A stretch of 60,200 bases of DNA from contig CAYWBI010000006.1 in the NCBI GenBank assembly GCA_964456445.1, positions 1 through 60,200 on the forward strand, given 5' to 3'. Within the stretch, counting starts at the first letter, position 1, and every line of letters starts with the position of its first letter. The translations under genes were made by a program, and so were the position numbers. The notes beneath the pieces are model-generated. The model had not been told where the DNA came from, ran no database searches, and saw only the letters and a list, made by a program, of their open reading frames with translations. This stretch comes from an uncultured Calditrichaceae bacterium (GTDB lineage: Bacteria > Calditrichota > Calditrichia > Calditrichales > J004). Shown here piece after piece: positions 7,999 to 18,390 of this stretch.

Positions 7999-9723
7999 CT
8001 ATCCGTCAACAGCGTTTTGTAGATCCGGCAAGTCCAGTCCGGCGTCAAACGCAACTTTTAGTGCGGTAGTCTTTATTTGGTTTATCTTTAAACTATCCTC
8101 ATTTCGGCATAATTCCCGAATAACTGTTTTAAATGTTTGCATGTCATTTGAATATACTGAACGGACGAGTCCATTGGAGATATCCAATACGGCGGATAGC
8201 ACAGGACTATCCGTTGTTTTTTTTAAGGCGTCTTCTTTTGAAAGCACACCTTGAAGCTGGGTCAATAATTTGTTGATTGCACCGCTAAGTAGCTTTGTTC
8301 CCGCGGTGTCGGTGCTGTTTAAGCCAACTTGTGTTTCCATCAGCCTTTTAAGGAAAAAGATGAAATCATTTGATGAAATAATTTTACCATAACGTGGGGC
8401 TATCCATTTGGGGGCGGGGTCTAAATTTTTAATGGCGGTCAAAGCCGTGTGTAATGCCTTGGAGTCTGGCAAGCGCCGTTTATGAAATGCACGCATGGCA
8501 GGCCAATCTTCTTTTGTCATAAAAAATGTATGGCCATTGGATGATGATGCATTTGAACTAAACAGCAGGCCGCTAAAGAGCACCTGGCGCTCCACGTCGT
8601 AGGTTATAAATGAGCCGGGTTCCGCGCAAAAGGGGACCGGAATAAATTTTAATCTTTGCCCTGATGCCAGCCGGATGACCGGTTGGCCATTTTGCTCCAG
8701 CATTTTTACACTCTTTGGATTTATATCATAAAACCGTGCCAATTGCCAGGTTTGTTTTGACGTCATGCAAATGGCCCTGCTGTTCATTTTTCTTAAAAAC
8801 ATACTGTTAAGACAAACATCCGGTGCGGCCTCGGGCAAGACATAAATGTTAATTTTATTAATATCTTTTATAACATGGTTTATTTTATCGGCTATTTCAT
8901 TAAAGTGCGCAGGGGCCCCAGGCTCCATCCATAAATTGATTTTTTTTTCCGGGCCCTTAAAACAGCGTAGGTAACTGTTTTTTAACACGCCATCTTGTGT
9001 TGTGGACGCCCCTATCCACCAGACATCCGGCTCAAATTCCACGGCAGAAGTTACATCAATTTCCGGTACATGGGCGGCAATTCCCGTATTTAGATTGATC
9101 CCGACCGGGCGGATGATAAAATTGCCATGCCGCCATTTTCTCAATGTATCCAATGCTTCGTCCGCCGGAAGTTCTTCAAACTCAACATCGGTGATATCGC
9201 CGTTTTGTAAAAACAAAGTGCCGATTTCCCCTTCTTGCTGCAAGATGAGTGTTCCGCTCAATTTTTCTTTTAAACAGAGATCAATCAGCTCATCCACCGA
9301 GCGTTCATCTAAGCGCCCCTTGTGTTGGCCTGCCTGTTCGCGGGTTTGGTCCATTCGCCGGAAAATGGCTTCCATTTTGACAAGCACCTCATCCACGTTA
9401 AACGGTTTAAGCAGGAAATCGTCCCCGCCAAGCGAGATGCCTTCCACCAGTTTTTCCTTTTTGCCCGTTAAAAATATAAATGGGATAGATTGGGTGATGG
9501 GGTTTTCCCTTACACGCCGGCAAAGTTCAAGGCCATCTATATTGGGCATACTGATATCCGAAATGATCAGATCGGGTATTACGGTCTGAAGTTTTTGTAG
9601 TGCCTTTTCACCATCCGAAGCGGTAATTGCTTCATATTCTCCGCCAAGATCAAGAATCCGCTGTAAGGCCAGCATAATTGCTTCTTCATCTTCTACAATT
9701 AGCACCGTTCGTTTTGAAAGCAT
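7999..9723 (-). CDS. response regulator: REC plus DUF4388 (PATAN-like) plus a C-terminal MBL-fold-like domain
   Basis: REC motifs are VLIVEDEE, DLIISDISMPNIDG and LLKPF. LSGTLILQQEGEIGTLFLQNGDI matches the DUF4388 pattern. The C-terminal part is discussed in the findings. ATG 9723 is preceded by GAGGGG, and the ORF extends to TTG 9735. Confidence 0.75.
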   Translation of the reverse strand: MLSKRTVLIVEDEEAIMLALQRILDLGGEYEAITASDGEKALQKLQTVIPDLIISDISMPNIDGLELCRRVRENPITQSIPFIFLTGKKEKLVEGISLGGDDFLLKPFNVDEVLVKMEAIFRRMDQTREQAGQHKGRLDERSVDELIDLCLKEKLSGTLILQQEGEIGTLFLQNGDITDVEFEELPADEALDTLRKWRHGNFIIRPVGINLNTGIAAHVPEIDVTSAVEFEPDVWWIGASTTQDGVLKNSYLRCFKGPEKKINLWMEPGAPAHFNEIADKINHVIKDINKINIYVLPEAAPDVCLNSMFLRKMNSRAICMTSKQTWQLARFYDINPKSVKMLEQNGQPVIRLASGQRLKFIPVPFCAEPGSFITYDVERQVLFSGLLFSSNASSSNGHTFFMTKEDWPAMRAFHKRRLPDSKALHTALTAIKNLDPAPKWIAPRYGKIISSNDFIFFLKRLMETQVGLNSTDTAGTKLLSGAINKLLTQLQGVLSKEDALKKTTDSPVLSAVLDISNGLVRSVYSNDMQTFKTVIRELCRNEDSLKINQIKTTALKVAFDAGLDLPDLQNAVDG

Positions 9724-9920
9724 TTCCCCTCGCAATGTTTTCTAAAAGTTTCTACCTTGATAGGGATATTTTCAATGGGCTTTTAAACAATAAAATTTTA
9801 TCCACCCCATTTTCCCTAAATCCATAATAAAAAATTTATTCGCTTTTATAAATTTTGTAAAATATACACAATAATCGATTTAGACAAAAAACCTTTAAGA
9901 CAATCGCCGGAGAAGGCATA

Positions 9921-10361
9921 ATGACTGATTTTATATCCCGTTTAAAAAGAAGTGTTGAAGAGAGTTATGATAATTTACGCAGCAACGCGGTTTCCATAAA
10001 GGACGTTGCCGAAGAATTTAGTAAAATTGCCAAACTTAAATTTGAGTTGTACCAGCTTGAAGGCGTCCGTGAAAAAAAACTGACCGTGCTTGGTAAGTCC
10101 ATTTATCCGTTTTTATTGGAAAATAATTTTGATGGTCTCAAAAACCATGAAACCTTGCCGGTCTTATTGGATGAGATAAAGAATCACAACAATCAAATCG
10201 AGCTTATTCAGCATGCCATTAAAGATATTACGAAAAAGGGGCCCAAACCGATAAGCGGGGAAGACAAACAAAATATCCGTTCCGAAATTGAGGCGCTTGA
10301 AAAACAAATTGAAGCACGTTTAAACGACTTAAAGGCAGTCAAGAAAGCGTTGGAAGATTAA
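9921..10361 (+). CDS. hypothetical coiled-coil protein
   Basis: 146-aa ORF with a GGAGAAGG RBS. Charged heptad-like sequence, no enzymatic motif. Confidence 0.55.
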   Translation: MTDFISRLKRSVEESYDNLRSNAVSIKDVAEEFSKIAKLKFELYQLEGVREKKLTVLGKSIYPFLLENNFDGLKNHETLPVLLDEIKNHNNQIELIQHAIKDITKKGPKPISGEDKQNIRSEIEALEKQIEARLNDLKAVKKALED

Positions 10362-10393
10362 AGGATTACACCGGGTAAAACCGGAATAAAAAT

Positions 10394-10526
10394 AGAGACG
10401 CGGGGGTGTTCCGGGCTTTTATTCGGAACTGAGATTACACCCTTAAAACCTGATCCGGGTAGTGCCGGCGGAGGGAGCATGGATTACTCACACGCTGCCC
10501 CTCTTTGGAACAGCGTTTTTTTTTAT
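10394..10526 (+). promoter_or_regulatory. TPP (THI-box) riboswitch with an intrinsic terminator expression platform
   Basis: GGGGTGTTCCGGG...CTGAGATTACACCCTTAAAACCTGATCCGGGTAGTGCCGGCGGAGGGAG matches the conserved THI-element core. It is followed by the hairpin ACGCTG...CAGCGT plus T9 (10492-10524). Confidence 0.85.
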
Positions 10527-10592
10527 CCAAATTACCTTTCTCTCACGTCCCTTAAACATTGATTTTTATAAACTAACTATAAGGTTGGAAAC

Positions 10593-13052
10593 ATGATCAA
10601 GTTATTATCTGTTATATTACTATTAATTTCCGTTGGGCTTGCCCGGGATATTGTTATAAGTGGCCAGGTGACCGCTGGCAAAAACCATCAAACCCTGAGC
10701 GGGGTCAATGTCTATATCGAAAACAGCAGCATCGGGACGTCCACCGATGCCAATGGTCGTTTTCTGCTGGTCAATGTCCCACGAGGCAACCGTCTTACAC
10801 TTGTCTTTAATTATATGGGTTATGCCAGGGAGAAAAGAACCTTTATTGCCCGGACGGACACAACCTTCAATGTGCGTCTGGGCCAGGATATCTTAAAAGG
10901 GCCCATTGTTACGTCCGTGGCAACCATGGCGAACGAGCGCCGCTCCGCTGTTACTTTTTCCAATATCGACAAACAAGAACTGCAAAACCGTTATACGACG
11001 CAGGATATTCCCGAGCTTCTTGCCGATTTACCGTCAACGACTTTTTACTCAGAAAACGGAAACGGCCTGGGTTATAACTATCTTAGCATCCGCGGTTTTG
11101 GCCAGCGGCGCATTTCCGTACTGATAAACGGCATCCCTCAAAATGACCCGGAAGACCATAATATTTACTGGATTGATTTTCCGGATTTAACGTCGAATAT
11201 CGAAGAGATACAGGTGCAACGCGGTGCCGGAAATGCATTTTACGGGCCGGCGGCCATTGGAGGTTCGATCAATATTAAAAGCAATAATTTTTCTCCGGAG
11301 TTCCGGATGGAAGCCCAATATGGTTTGGGATCATTCAATACACGTAAACAATTGTTTTCTGTAAACAGCGGACTTCTTGCCGATCATTATATCTTTTTTG
11401 GCCGCTATTCCGCCATCAAATCCGATGGATATCGTGAGCGGGCCTGGACGGATTTCAGCAGTTTTTTTATCGGCGGCGCCCGTTACGATACGAACAGTAG
11501 TCTGCGTTTGCATTTTTATGGTGGGCCGATAAAAGATGGCTTGGCTTATAATGGCCTTCCGCGTTCCTTTAACGATGATAACCGCCTGAGACGCAAAAAC
11601 CTCACGGGCTTTAGTTATTCGGATAATGGCGATGGTACGCGTAGTATATCGGTTTATCCGCGTCGCAATGATGAAACAGAAAATTTTAGCCAGCCGCATA
11701 TAGAATTGCTCCATGAATGGCAGGTGTCAGAAAAAATGACGTTGAACAACAGCCTGTTTTATGTAACGGGAAAGGGTTTTTTTGATTATGACGGTTCCTG
11801 GGGCACCGCACAATATTTTCGTTTAACGCCCCAATTCGGCTATGCCGTGGATACAATACCTGCAAATGCGCTGATCCGCGCCTATGTGGCAAATGAACAA
11901 TTTGGCTGGTTGCCGCAAATGATACTCAAAACGCGGGATGGCAACATTACCTTTGGGGCGGAAATCCGTTACCATCGTTCCCTGCATTGGGGCCGTTTGC
12001 AAAAAGGCGATGGCCTCGGGACGGATATTGTCGGCGACAATGGCCGCCATTTTTACGAATATCACGGCGGCAAAGATATCTTTTCTGTTTATTATCATCA
12101 AAATTATCTCTGGACAAGTAAGATTACCCTACAAACCGATTTGCAATATGTCTATAAACGCTATCGCTTGTTTGACGAGAAGTTTGTTGGCACCGATTTT
12201 AAAATTCCCTATCAATTTCTGAACCCGCGTGTTGGTCTAAATTATAATTTATCCCGCAATTCCAATGCCTACTTTAGCCTTTATAGCACAACCAGGGAAC
12301 CGCGTCTTAAAAACCTGTATGATGCGGCCGAATCCGGGACCCCGGCCTCATGGGGAGCCGTGACCCCCCAGTTTAGCTTGTTGGCAGATAGCAGCGGATA
12401 TGATTTTAACGCACCATTGGTACAACCGGAAACCTTGACCGGATTGGAATTTGGCCTGGGGATAAAACGCGATTTGTGGCAATTGAAGGCCAATGTTTAT
12501 ATAATGGATTTTAAAAATGAAATTATTAAGAAGGGGCAGGTTGACCGCTTTGGTCAGCCTATAACCGGAAATGCCGAACATACCCGTCATTATGGCCTGG
12601 AATTGAGCGGCGCCTGGCGTTTTTTATCCCGATTTCGAGTGGCGGGAAACGCATCGTTTAGCCGTAACCGTCTTTTGACCTATACCGTTTATAATACGGC
12701 CAATGACAGTGTCCGTCTTGATGGCAACCCTATTGTGGGTTTTCCTGATATGCTCGCTAATTTGAGTATAACTTATAATTGGGACAAGATTTTCGTATCA
12801 TTGAGCAACAAATTTGTTGGTTCTTTTTATACGGATAATTTTAAAAATGAAATGCTTAAAAATGCGGCTTACAATACGGTGAATTTAAGTGCACATTATA
12901 AAATAGCCTTTGGGCCGTCAAATGCATTTGTACTACAATTCCGCATTAGCAATTTATTAAACCGTAAGTATATGGCCTATGGTGAGGGTGATGAATTCTT
13001 CCCCGCGGCAACACGTGCCTTTTACGGGGGGATAAAGTATGAGTTCAGATAA
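10593..13052 (+). CDS. TonB-dependent outer-membrane receptor with an N-terminal CarboxypepD_reg domain, thiamine-regulon member by context
   Basis: Signal peptide, CarboxypepD_reg-like N-terminus (ISGQV...GVNVYI...TDANGRF), plug motifs (RGFGQRRISVLINGIPQND) and a beta-barrel ending in ...YGGIKYEFR. Confidence 0.9.
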   Translation: MIKLLSVILLLISVGLARDIVISGQVTAGKNHQTLSGVNVYIENSSIGTSTDANGRFLLVNVPRGNRLTLVFNYMGYAREKRTFIARTDTTFNVRLGQDILKGPIVTSVATMANERRSAVTFSNIDKQELQNRYTTQDIPELLADLPSTTFYSENGNGLGYNYLSIRGFGQRRISVLINGIPQNDPEDHNIYWIDFPDLTSNIEEIQVQRGAGNAFYGPAAIGGSINIKSNNFSPEFRMEAQYGLGSFNTRKQLFSVNSGLLADHYIFFGRYSAIKSDGYRERAWTDFSSFFIGGARYDTNSSLRLHFYGGPIKDGLAYNGLPRSFNDDNRLRRKNLTGFSYSDNGDGTRSISVYPRRNDETENFSQPHIELLHEWQVSEKMTLNNSLFYVTGKGFFDYDGSWGTAQYFRLTPQFGYAVDTIPANALIRAYVANEQFGWLPQMILKTRDGNITFGAEIRYHRSLHWGRLQKGDGLGTDIVGDNGRHFYEYHGGKDIFSVYYHQNYLWTSKITLQTDLQYVYKRYRLFDEKFVGTDFKIPYQFLNPRVGLNYNLSRNSNAYFSLYSTTREPRLKNLYDAAESGTPASWGAVTPQFSLLADSSGYDFNAPLVQPETLTGLEFGLGIKRDLWQLKANVYIMDFKNEIIKKGQVDRFGQPITGNAEHTRHYGLELSGAWRFLSRFRVAGNASFSRNRLLTYTVYNTANDSVRLDGNPIVGFPDMLANLSITYNWDKIFVSLSNKFVGSFYTDNFKNEMLKNAAYNTVNLSAHYKIAFGPSNAFVLQFRISNLLNRKYMAYGEGDEFFPAATRAFYGGIKYEFR

Positions 13053-13677
13053 AAATATTTTAATCGTGGCCAATGGGGAAAAAGCAAACAGAGAACTGAT
13101 TCTGCAAAGGGCGCATCTGGCGGAATACATCATTGCCGCCGATGGCGGGATAAATGCCTGTATGCAATTTATGATCAAACCGGACTGTCTTATTGGCGAT
13201 CTGGATTCGTATGATCATAGTTCCCGGAAGGAGATGCCAGATATAAAAATTCTGCGTATCAGTGATCAAAATACAACGGATATGCAAAAGGCGCTGAATT
13301 ATGCATGCTCGTTAAATCCAACCCGTATCGATGTCATTGGCGCCTTTGGTAAACGTGTCGATCATACCATTGGCAATATTCTGATCCTGCATGGTTATAC
13401 CGCTGATATCCCATTGTTTATGCACGAAAATTTTGGCAGTCTGTCGGTTATTTTTCCCGGAACAACGCAGCTTTCAAATTCAATTGGCAATACAATCTCG
13501 CTCTTTGCCTTGCAACCCGTAAACAATCTGAGGCTTCAGGGCTTCGAATTCCCGCTGGAAAATCCCCGGATAGAACCGGGGTTTATCGGCGTCAGCAATA
13601 AAGTAAACCGGAGCGATGCAGTTATTTCCTTTGATGACGGACGTTTGCTTATGTATCGGCTAAGGCATGAGGGGTAG
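13039..13677 (+). CDS. thiamine pyrophosphokinase (thiamine diphosphokinase)
   Basis: LIVANGE...IIAADGG...LIGDLDS...DQNTTDMQKAL are the TPK catalytic-domain signatures. Overlaps the receptor gene by 14 nt. Confidence 0.85.
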   Translation: MSSDKNILIVANGEKANRELILQRAHLAEYIIAADGGINACMQFMIKPDCLIGDLDSYDHSSRKEMPDIKILRISDQNTTDMQKALNYACSLNPTRIDVIGAFGKRVDHTIGNILILHGYTADIPLFMHENFGSLSVIFPGTTQLSNSIGNTISLFALQPVNNLRLQGFEFPLENPRIEPGFIGVSNKVNRSDAVISFDDGRLLMYRLRHEG

Positions 13678-13680
13678 AGT

Positions 13681-15081
13681 ATGACATTGGATGCCATCGC
13701 CGTCATTTTATACCTAAGTGGATTGATTTATCTTGGGGTTTCCGTACGCCAGCGTAAACCGGATAACGAAACATTTTTTTTAAGCGGGCGCAGTTTAACC
13801 TTGCCGGCCATGATTGCCACGCTGGTCACGACCTGGTATGGTGGCATTCTTGGAGTGGGTGAATTCGTTTACCGTTTTGGTATTTCTGCCTGGACGGTAT
13901 TTGGTTTGCCCTATTATGTTTTTGCTGCATTGTTTGCGCTGGTTGCCGCAAAGAAATTACGGCTTGCCAGGTATATGGGTATCCCGGATTTGCTTTACCG
14001 GAACTACGGAAAAAAAACAGGGTTTATCGGCAGCGTTTACATTTTGTTCATTACCTCTCCCGCGCCATATATCCTAACCTGTGGCGTGATTCTTGGTTAT
14101 GTTTTTGGGGTTTCACTGATCCCGGCGACGTTGGGCAGTGCATTTTTTTCGATTGTTTATGTTGCTGTGGGGGGATTTCGTTCGGTCGTGCGTACCGATA
14201 AACTGCAATTTATCCTGATGTATGGCGGTTTTATTATTCTGGTTTTATATTTGTTTCTTGACTTCAACATGCCTGTTGTAAATTTTGTGTCCCTCCCGGC
14301 GTCTCATAAATCATTGACCGGCGGAATCGGCTGGCAGGAATTATTTGTTTGGTTTTTTATTGCCAGCTGGACTTTTATTGATCCATCATTCCATCAGCGC
14401 GTTGCCGCCGCAAAAAACAGCCGAACCGCCCGCAACGGAATTCTGTTTTCCATTGCATTTTGGTTGCTGTTTGATATCATGACCATCAATACCGGTCTCT
14501 ATGCCGTGAATATATTAAAGGATACGTCACCGTTATTGGTTTACCCGATATTGGCCCAAAAAGTATTACCACCGTTTTTTTACAGTTTATTTATCGTCGG
14601 ATTGCTGGCAACTGCCATGTCCACGGTGGATAGTTTCACCTTTCTGTCCGCTCAAACCTATGGCCAGGATTTGGTGGCGCGGTTAAATAAAAAAAACAGT
14701 GATACCGAAATTCAACATTATACCCGGCAGGGTCTTGTATTAACGGCGGTCATCGCTTTATTGCTTATCTGGTCCGCCCCATCGATTGTGGCCTTATGGT
14801 ATAACCTTGGAAGTGTTTTTATTCCACCGTTGTTACTGCCGGTGATGGCCGTCCTGTATCCACGTTTAAAAATTTCCAATAAAGCAACATTTGTAAATTT
14901 ACTGACTGCTTTTATTGTGAGCGTTGCCTGGCTGCTTACAGGCCAGTTTTTGGGGCGTGCCTTATGGGGGACCCAGCCTTTTATACCGGGGATGACACTG
15001 AGTGTTTTTATATATGGATATGTTCTGCTAAAAAAACGCAAGGCTATCGATCAAGAACCCGTGTCCGGTAGGATGGTTTAG
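13681..15081 (+). CDS. sodium:solute symporter (SSS) family transporter, ThiV-like candidate thiamine/precursor importer by context
   Basis: 466-aa polytopic membrane protein with an SSS-like N-terminus (FFLSGRSLTLPAMIATLVTTWYGG). Starts 3 nt after the TPK stop. Confidence 0.75.
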   Translation: MTLDAIAVILYLSGLIYLGVSVRQRKPDNETFFLSGRSLTLPAMIATLVTTWYGGILGVGEFVYRFGISAWTVFGLPYYVFAALFALVAAKKLRLARYMGIPDLLYRNYGKKTGFIGSVYILFITSPAPYILTCGVILGYVFGVSLIPATLGSAFFSIVYVAVGGFRSVVRTDKLQFILMYGGFIILVLYLFLDFNMPVVNFVSLPASHKSLTGGIGWQELFVWFFIASWTFIDPSFHQRVAAAKNSRTARNGILFSIAFWLLFDIMTINTGLYAVNILKDTSPLLVYPILAQKVLPPFFYSLFIVGLLATAMSTVDSFTFLSAQTYGQDLVARLNKKNSDTEIQHYTRQGLVLTAVIALLLIWSAPSIVALWYNLGSVFIPPLLLPVMAVLYPRLKISNKATFVNLLTAFIVSVAWLLTGQFLGRALWGTQPFIPGMTLSVFIYGYVLLKKRKAIDQEPVSGRMV

Positions 15082-15082
15082 G

Positions 15083-16324
15083 CTATGGCGCCACAGCCTG
15101 CATCAAAATGCCGGTAAGCCAGGCGCCATATGTGCCCAATGCATAGCCTAAAACGGCCAACAGGACGCCCACGGGCGCAAGCGCCGGATGAAAAGCGGAA
15201 GCTACGATCGGTGCAGAAGCCGCCCCGCCAATATTTGCCTGGCTGCCGACCGCGGTAAAAAAGAATGGCGCCCGGATTAATTTTGCCACCGTTAATAAAA
15301 TGCTAATATGTACCAGCATCCATATTGCGGCCACAAGGAACAGGCCAGGGTTATCGAGGATAGCCAATATATCCATTTTCATGCCGATTGTGGCAACCAG
15401 CATATAGAGCAAAAAACTGCCATACATCGAGGCCCCGGCGCCCTCCAGGTTGCGGGCTTTGGTAAAGGACAATGTCAGGCCGCCTGTCGTTGCAATAACC
15501 ACGATCCAAAAAAATGTAGATGTAAGGCTGTACTGTTTTAAAAACGGCGCTGTTTGTTTTATCCAGGGAACAATTTCCCCGGCCCCCCAATGGGCAAGGG
15601 CGGTCAGGCCAAAGCCCGCGGCCATAATGGAGATAAAATCTTTTAAAGATGGGATATGGGCCGTCTTTTTGCGGAATTTCTCAACCTTGTTCTTAACTTC
15701 TTCGATTGCCGATGCATCCGCGCCGAACCATTTGTCAATGCGTTTGCTGATCCCGACCCCATATAATAAGACGGCCAGCCATACATTTGAGGTTATCACA
15801 TCAACGGTAATAATTGCCGAAAAAATCTGATCGCCAACATGAAACACTTCTTTCATCGCTGTTTGATTGGCCCCACCGCCAATCCAGCTGCCGGCAACGG
15901 TGGCCAGACCCCGCCAAACGGCATTTGGGCCATGACCACCTACAATATCCGGCGCAAAACCGGAAACAATTAAAATGGCCAACGGACCACCGATGATAAT
16001 ACCAAATGACCCGGCAAGAAACATAATCAATGCCTTGGGGCCAAGATGTAATATGGCTTTCATATCGATGCTAAGCGTAAAAAGCACCAGGCTGGCCGGT
16101 AACAGATAACGCGAGGCAACAAAGTAAAGATGCGAGCTGTCACCGGAAATAATACCGAATGAATTAAATAACGACGGTATAAAATAGCAAAGCAAAAGTG
16201 CAGGAACTACGCTGTAAAATTTTTTTATATAGGGGTTAACACTTGCCTCGGTTATAAAGATTAAGGCCAGTATCACAATCAACAGACCAAGGACGACGGC
16301 GTCGTTTTGGATGAGTGCGTGCAT
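15083..16324 (-). CDS. polytopic inner-membrane protein, DUF819-like
   Basis: 413 aa with more than 10 predicted TM segments. The N-terminal pattern (KKFYSVVPALLLCYFIPSL) is reminiscent of the DUF819 family. Assignment is from memory only. Confidence 0.55.
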   Translation of the reverse strand: MHALIQNDAVVLGLLIVILALIFITEASVNPYIKKFYSVVPALLLCYFIPSLFNSFGIISGDSSHLYFVASRYLLPASLVLFTLSIDMKAILHLGPKALIMFLAGSFGIIIGGPLAILIVSGFAPDIVGGHGPNAVWRGLATVAGSWIGGGANQTAMKEVFHVGDQIFSAIITVDVITSNVWLAVLLYGVGISKRIDKWFGADASAIEEVKNKVEKFRKKTAHIPSLKDFISIMAAGFGLTALAHWGAGEIVPWIKQTAPFLKQYSLTSTFFWIVVIATTGGLTLSFTKARNLEGAGASMYGSFLLYMLVATIGMKMDILAILDNPGLFLVAAIWMLVHISILLTVAKLIRAPFFFTAVGSQANIGGAASAPIVASAFHPALAPVGVLLAVLGYALGTYGAWLTGILMQAVAP

Positions 16325-16381
16325 AGAGTTTTTTTCTCCGATAGGGTTGTGTGTATCCGCTCTGCAAATTGAAAAGATCGC

Positions 16382-18166
16382 CTAAGCCTGTTTGCTCAGA
16401 CGTTCTTCCTGATCTTTGTATTGTAACTTGTATAAATTATAATATAGCCCGCCTTGTTCGATCAATTCATCATGAGTGCCGCTTTCTTTAAGATGACCTT
16501 TATGAAAAACGAAGATTTTATCCACATGCCGGATAGTGGAAAGCCGGTGGGCGATAATAATTGACGTCCGGCCCTGCATCATAAAATTCAAGGCTTCCTG
16601 GATAAGTATTTCTGTTTCAGTATCAATATTCGCGGTCGCCTCATCCAGAACCAGGATTTGCGGGTTTACAACTAAGGCGCGTGCGAAAGAAATTAATTGT
16701 CGTTGACCCATGGATAAAATTGAACCACGTTCATTGAGCACGGTGTCATATCCATCTGGAAGGTTTTTAATAAATTTGTGGGCATTAACATTTTCACACG
16801 CCCGGACAACATCTTCACGGGTCACCGCCGGATTATGCAGGGCTATGTTGTCCAAAATGGTTCCGCTAAATAAAAAGACATCCTGTAAAACCAGCGCCAT
16901 CGAACTGCGTAAGTGATGTAAACCTATTTGCCGGATATCCTGACCGTCCAGCAATATTCGTCCTTTTTGAATGTCATACTGACGACCGAGAAGACTGATA
17001 AGGCTGGTTTTACCTGCGCCGGTATGTCCTACAACGGCTACGCTGCTCCCGCTGGGAATTTCGAAGGAAATAGCTTTTAGAACCAGATTGTCCTGATTAT
17101 AAGCAAAACTGACATCTTCAAAACGAATGTTCCCACTGTTGTGTTTTGGCAGGCTTGCATTTTCCGGGGAGGTAATTTCCGGTTTGGTATCCAAAAGTTG
17201 GAAAACCCGTTCGGCGGAGGCAATGGCCCCCTGTAAGACATTAAACTTGTCCGAGAGATCGCTGATTGGCCGGAAAAACATCTGAGCCAATTGGATAAAT
17301 GCTACGAGTGCGCCAAAACTCGCGAGATGTTCTATCTTTAAAATTCCACCACGTACCAAAACAATAGATAATGCCAGTGAGCTTACCAATTCGACAACCG
17401 GGTAAAAAATGGCATAATAGGCCACCGTGCGCACATGGGCGTCGGTATGTTTTTGGTTGATGATTTTAAAATCATCGTAGTTCTTTTTTTGGCGGTTAAA
17501 GATTTGTACGATGTTCATCCCGGTGATGTTTTCCTGTAAATAGGTGTTGATTTGTGCCAGCCTTCTGCGGATATCCCGAAAGGCCAGCCGAACTTTTTTC
17601 TTAAAAACGAGGGTAATCACAAATAACATTGGAATGACAATAAAGGTCCAAAGCGCCAGTTCTATGTTCATCTCCAACATGACCCAGGTTATACCGATGA
17701 GCAGAAAAATATCGCCAAAAATATTTACCACGCCCTGGGTGAACATCTGATTTAAAGATTCCACATCCGAGGTAACCCTGGTCATCAGGCGGCCTACAGG
17801 GTTTTTATCAAAAAAACTGAGTGAAAGCTTCTGAATATGTTTAAAAATATCCGCACGAAGGTCATACATCAAGCGCTGACCGATCAGTTGGGTGATGTAT
17901 GTCTGCAAATACTGGATAAAGAATATGGCAACAATGGCCGCGATGTATAAGGCAACCGTCCGGTTTAACCCGGCCCTGTCCCCATTTGGAATATAGACGT
18001 CGATAACGGATTTGGTAAAAATGGGGCCCACAAGCCGTAACGCGGATGTGATAAGGATTAAAAATACCGCCAGCGCCACCAAACCACGTGACGAACGTGT
18101 GTAACTCAGGATGCGTCTTAACAGGGTGGCGTCATAAACCTTTCCACCGATATCATCTTTTTGCAT
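16382..18166 (-). CDS. ABC transporter, fused permease/ATPase (MsbA/multidrug exporter type)
   Basis: Six-TM N-terminal domain, Walker A GHTGAGKTS, signature LSMGQRQ and Walker B ILVLDEATANID. Confidence 0.9.
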   Translation of the reverse strand: MQKDDIGGKVYDATLLRRILSYTRSSRGLVALAVFLILITSALRLVGPIFTKSVIDVYIPNGDRAGLNRTVALYIAAIVAIFFIQYLQTYITQLIGQRLMYDLRADIFKHIQKLSLSFFDKNPVGRLMTRVTSDVESLNQMFTQGVVNIFGDIFLLIGITWVMLEMNIELALWTFIVIPMLFVITLVFKKKVRLAFRDIRRRLAQINTYLQENITGMNIVQIFNRQKKNYDDFKIINQKHTDAHVRTVAYYAIFYPVVELVSSLALSIVLVRGGILKIEHLASFGALVAFIQLAQMFFRPISDLSDKFNVLQGAIASAERVFQLLDTKPEITSPENASLPKHNSGNIRFEDVSFAYNQDNLVLKAISFEIPSGSSVAVVGHTGAGKTSLISLLGRQYDIQKGRILLDGQDIRQIGLHHLRSSMALVLQDVFLFSGTILDNIALHNPAVTREDVVRACENVNAHKFIKNLPDGYDTVLNERGSILSMGQRQLISFARALVVNPQILVLDEATANIDTETEILIQEALNFMMQGRTSIIIAHRLSTIRHVDKIFVFHKGHLKESGTHDELIEQGGLYYNLYKLQYKDQEERLSKQA

Positions 18167-18390
18167 ATGGTTTTTCCAATTTTATTTGACTACAGGCCAC
18201 AGTGCGCTTCTTCTCTCATTAAAAACCGTTAAACGATGTTCAAAAGTCCTGTCCATCGGCTGGAACTTCATAGATGATTTCGTAAAATTTTTTTATATAC
18301 AAACCGGGTTGTTTATACGTATGAAATATTTCGTTGCTAAAACAACATCCTCCGGGAACGTAGTAAAATCACGTTCCCAACTGGTCCTGT

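Noticed and set aside
9002-9589. 195-aa plus-strand ORF antisense to the response-regulator gene
   Set aside because: It lies entirely within a CDS that has clear REC/DUF4388 motifs. The Ser-rich shadow-frame composition is typical of antisense artefacts.
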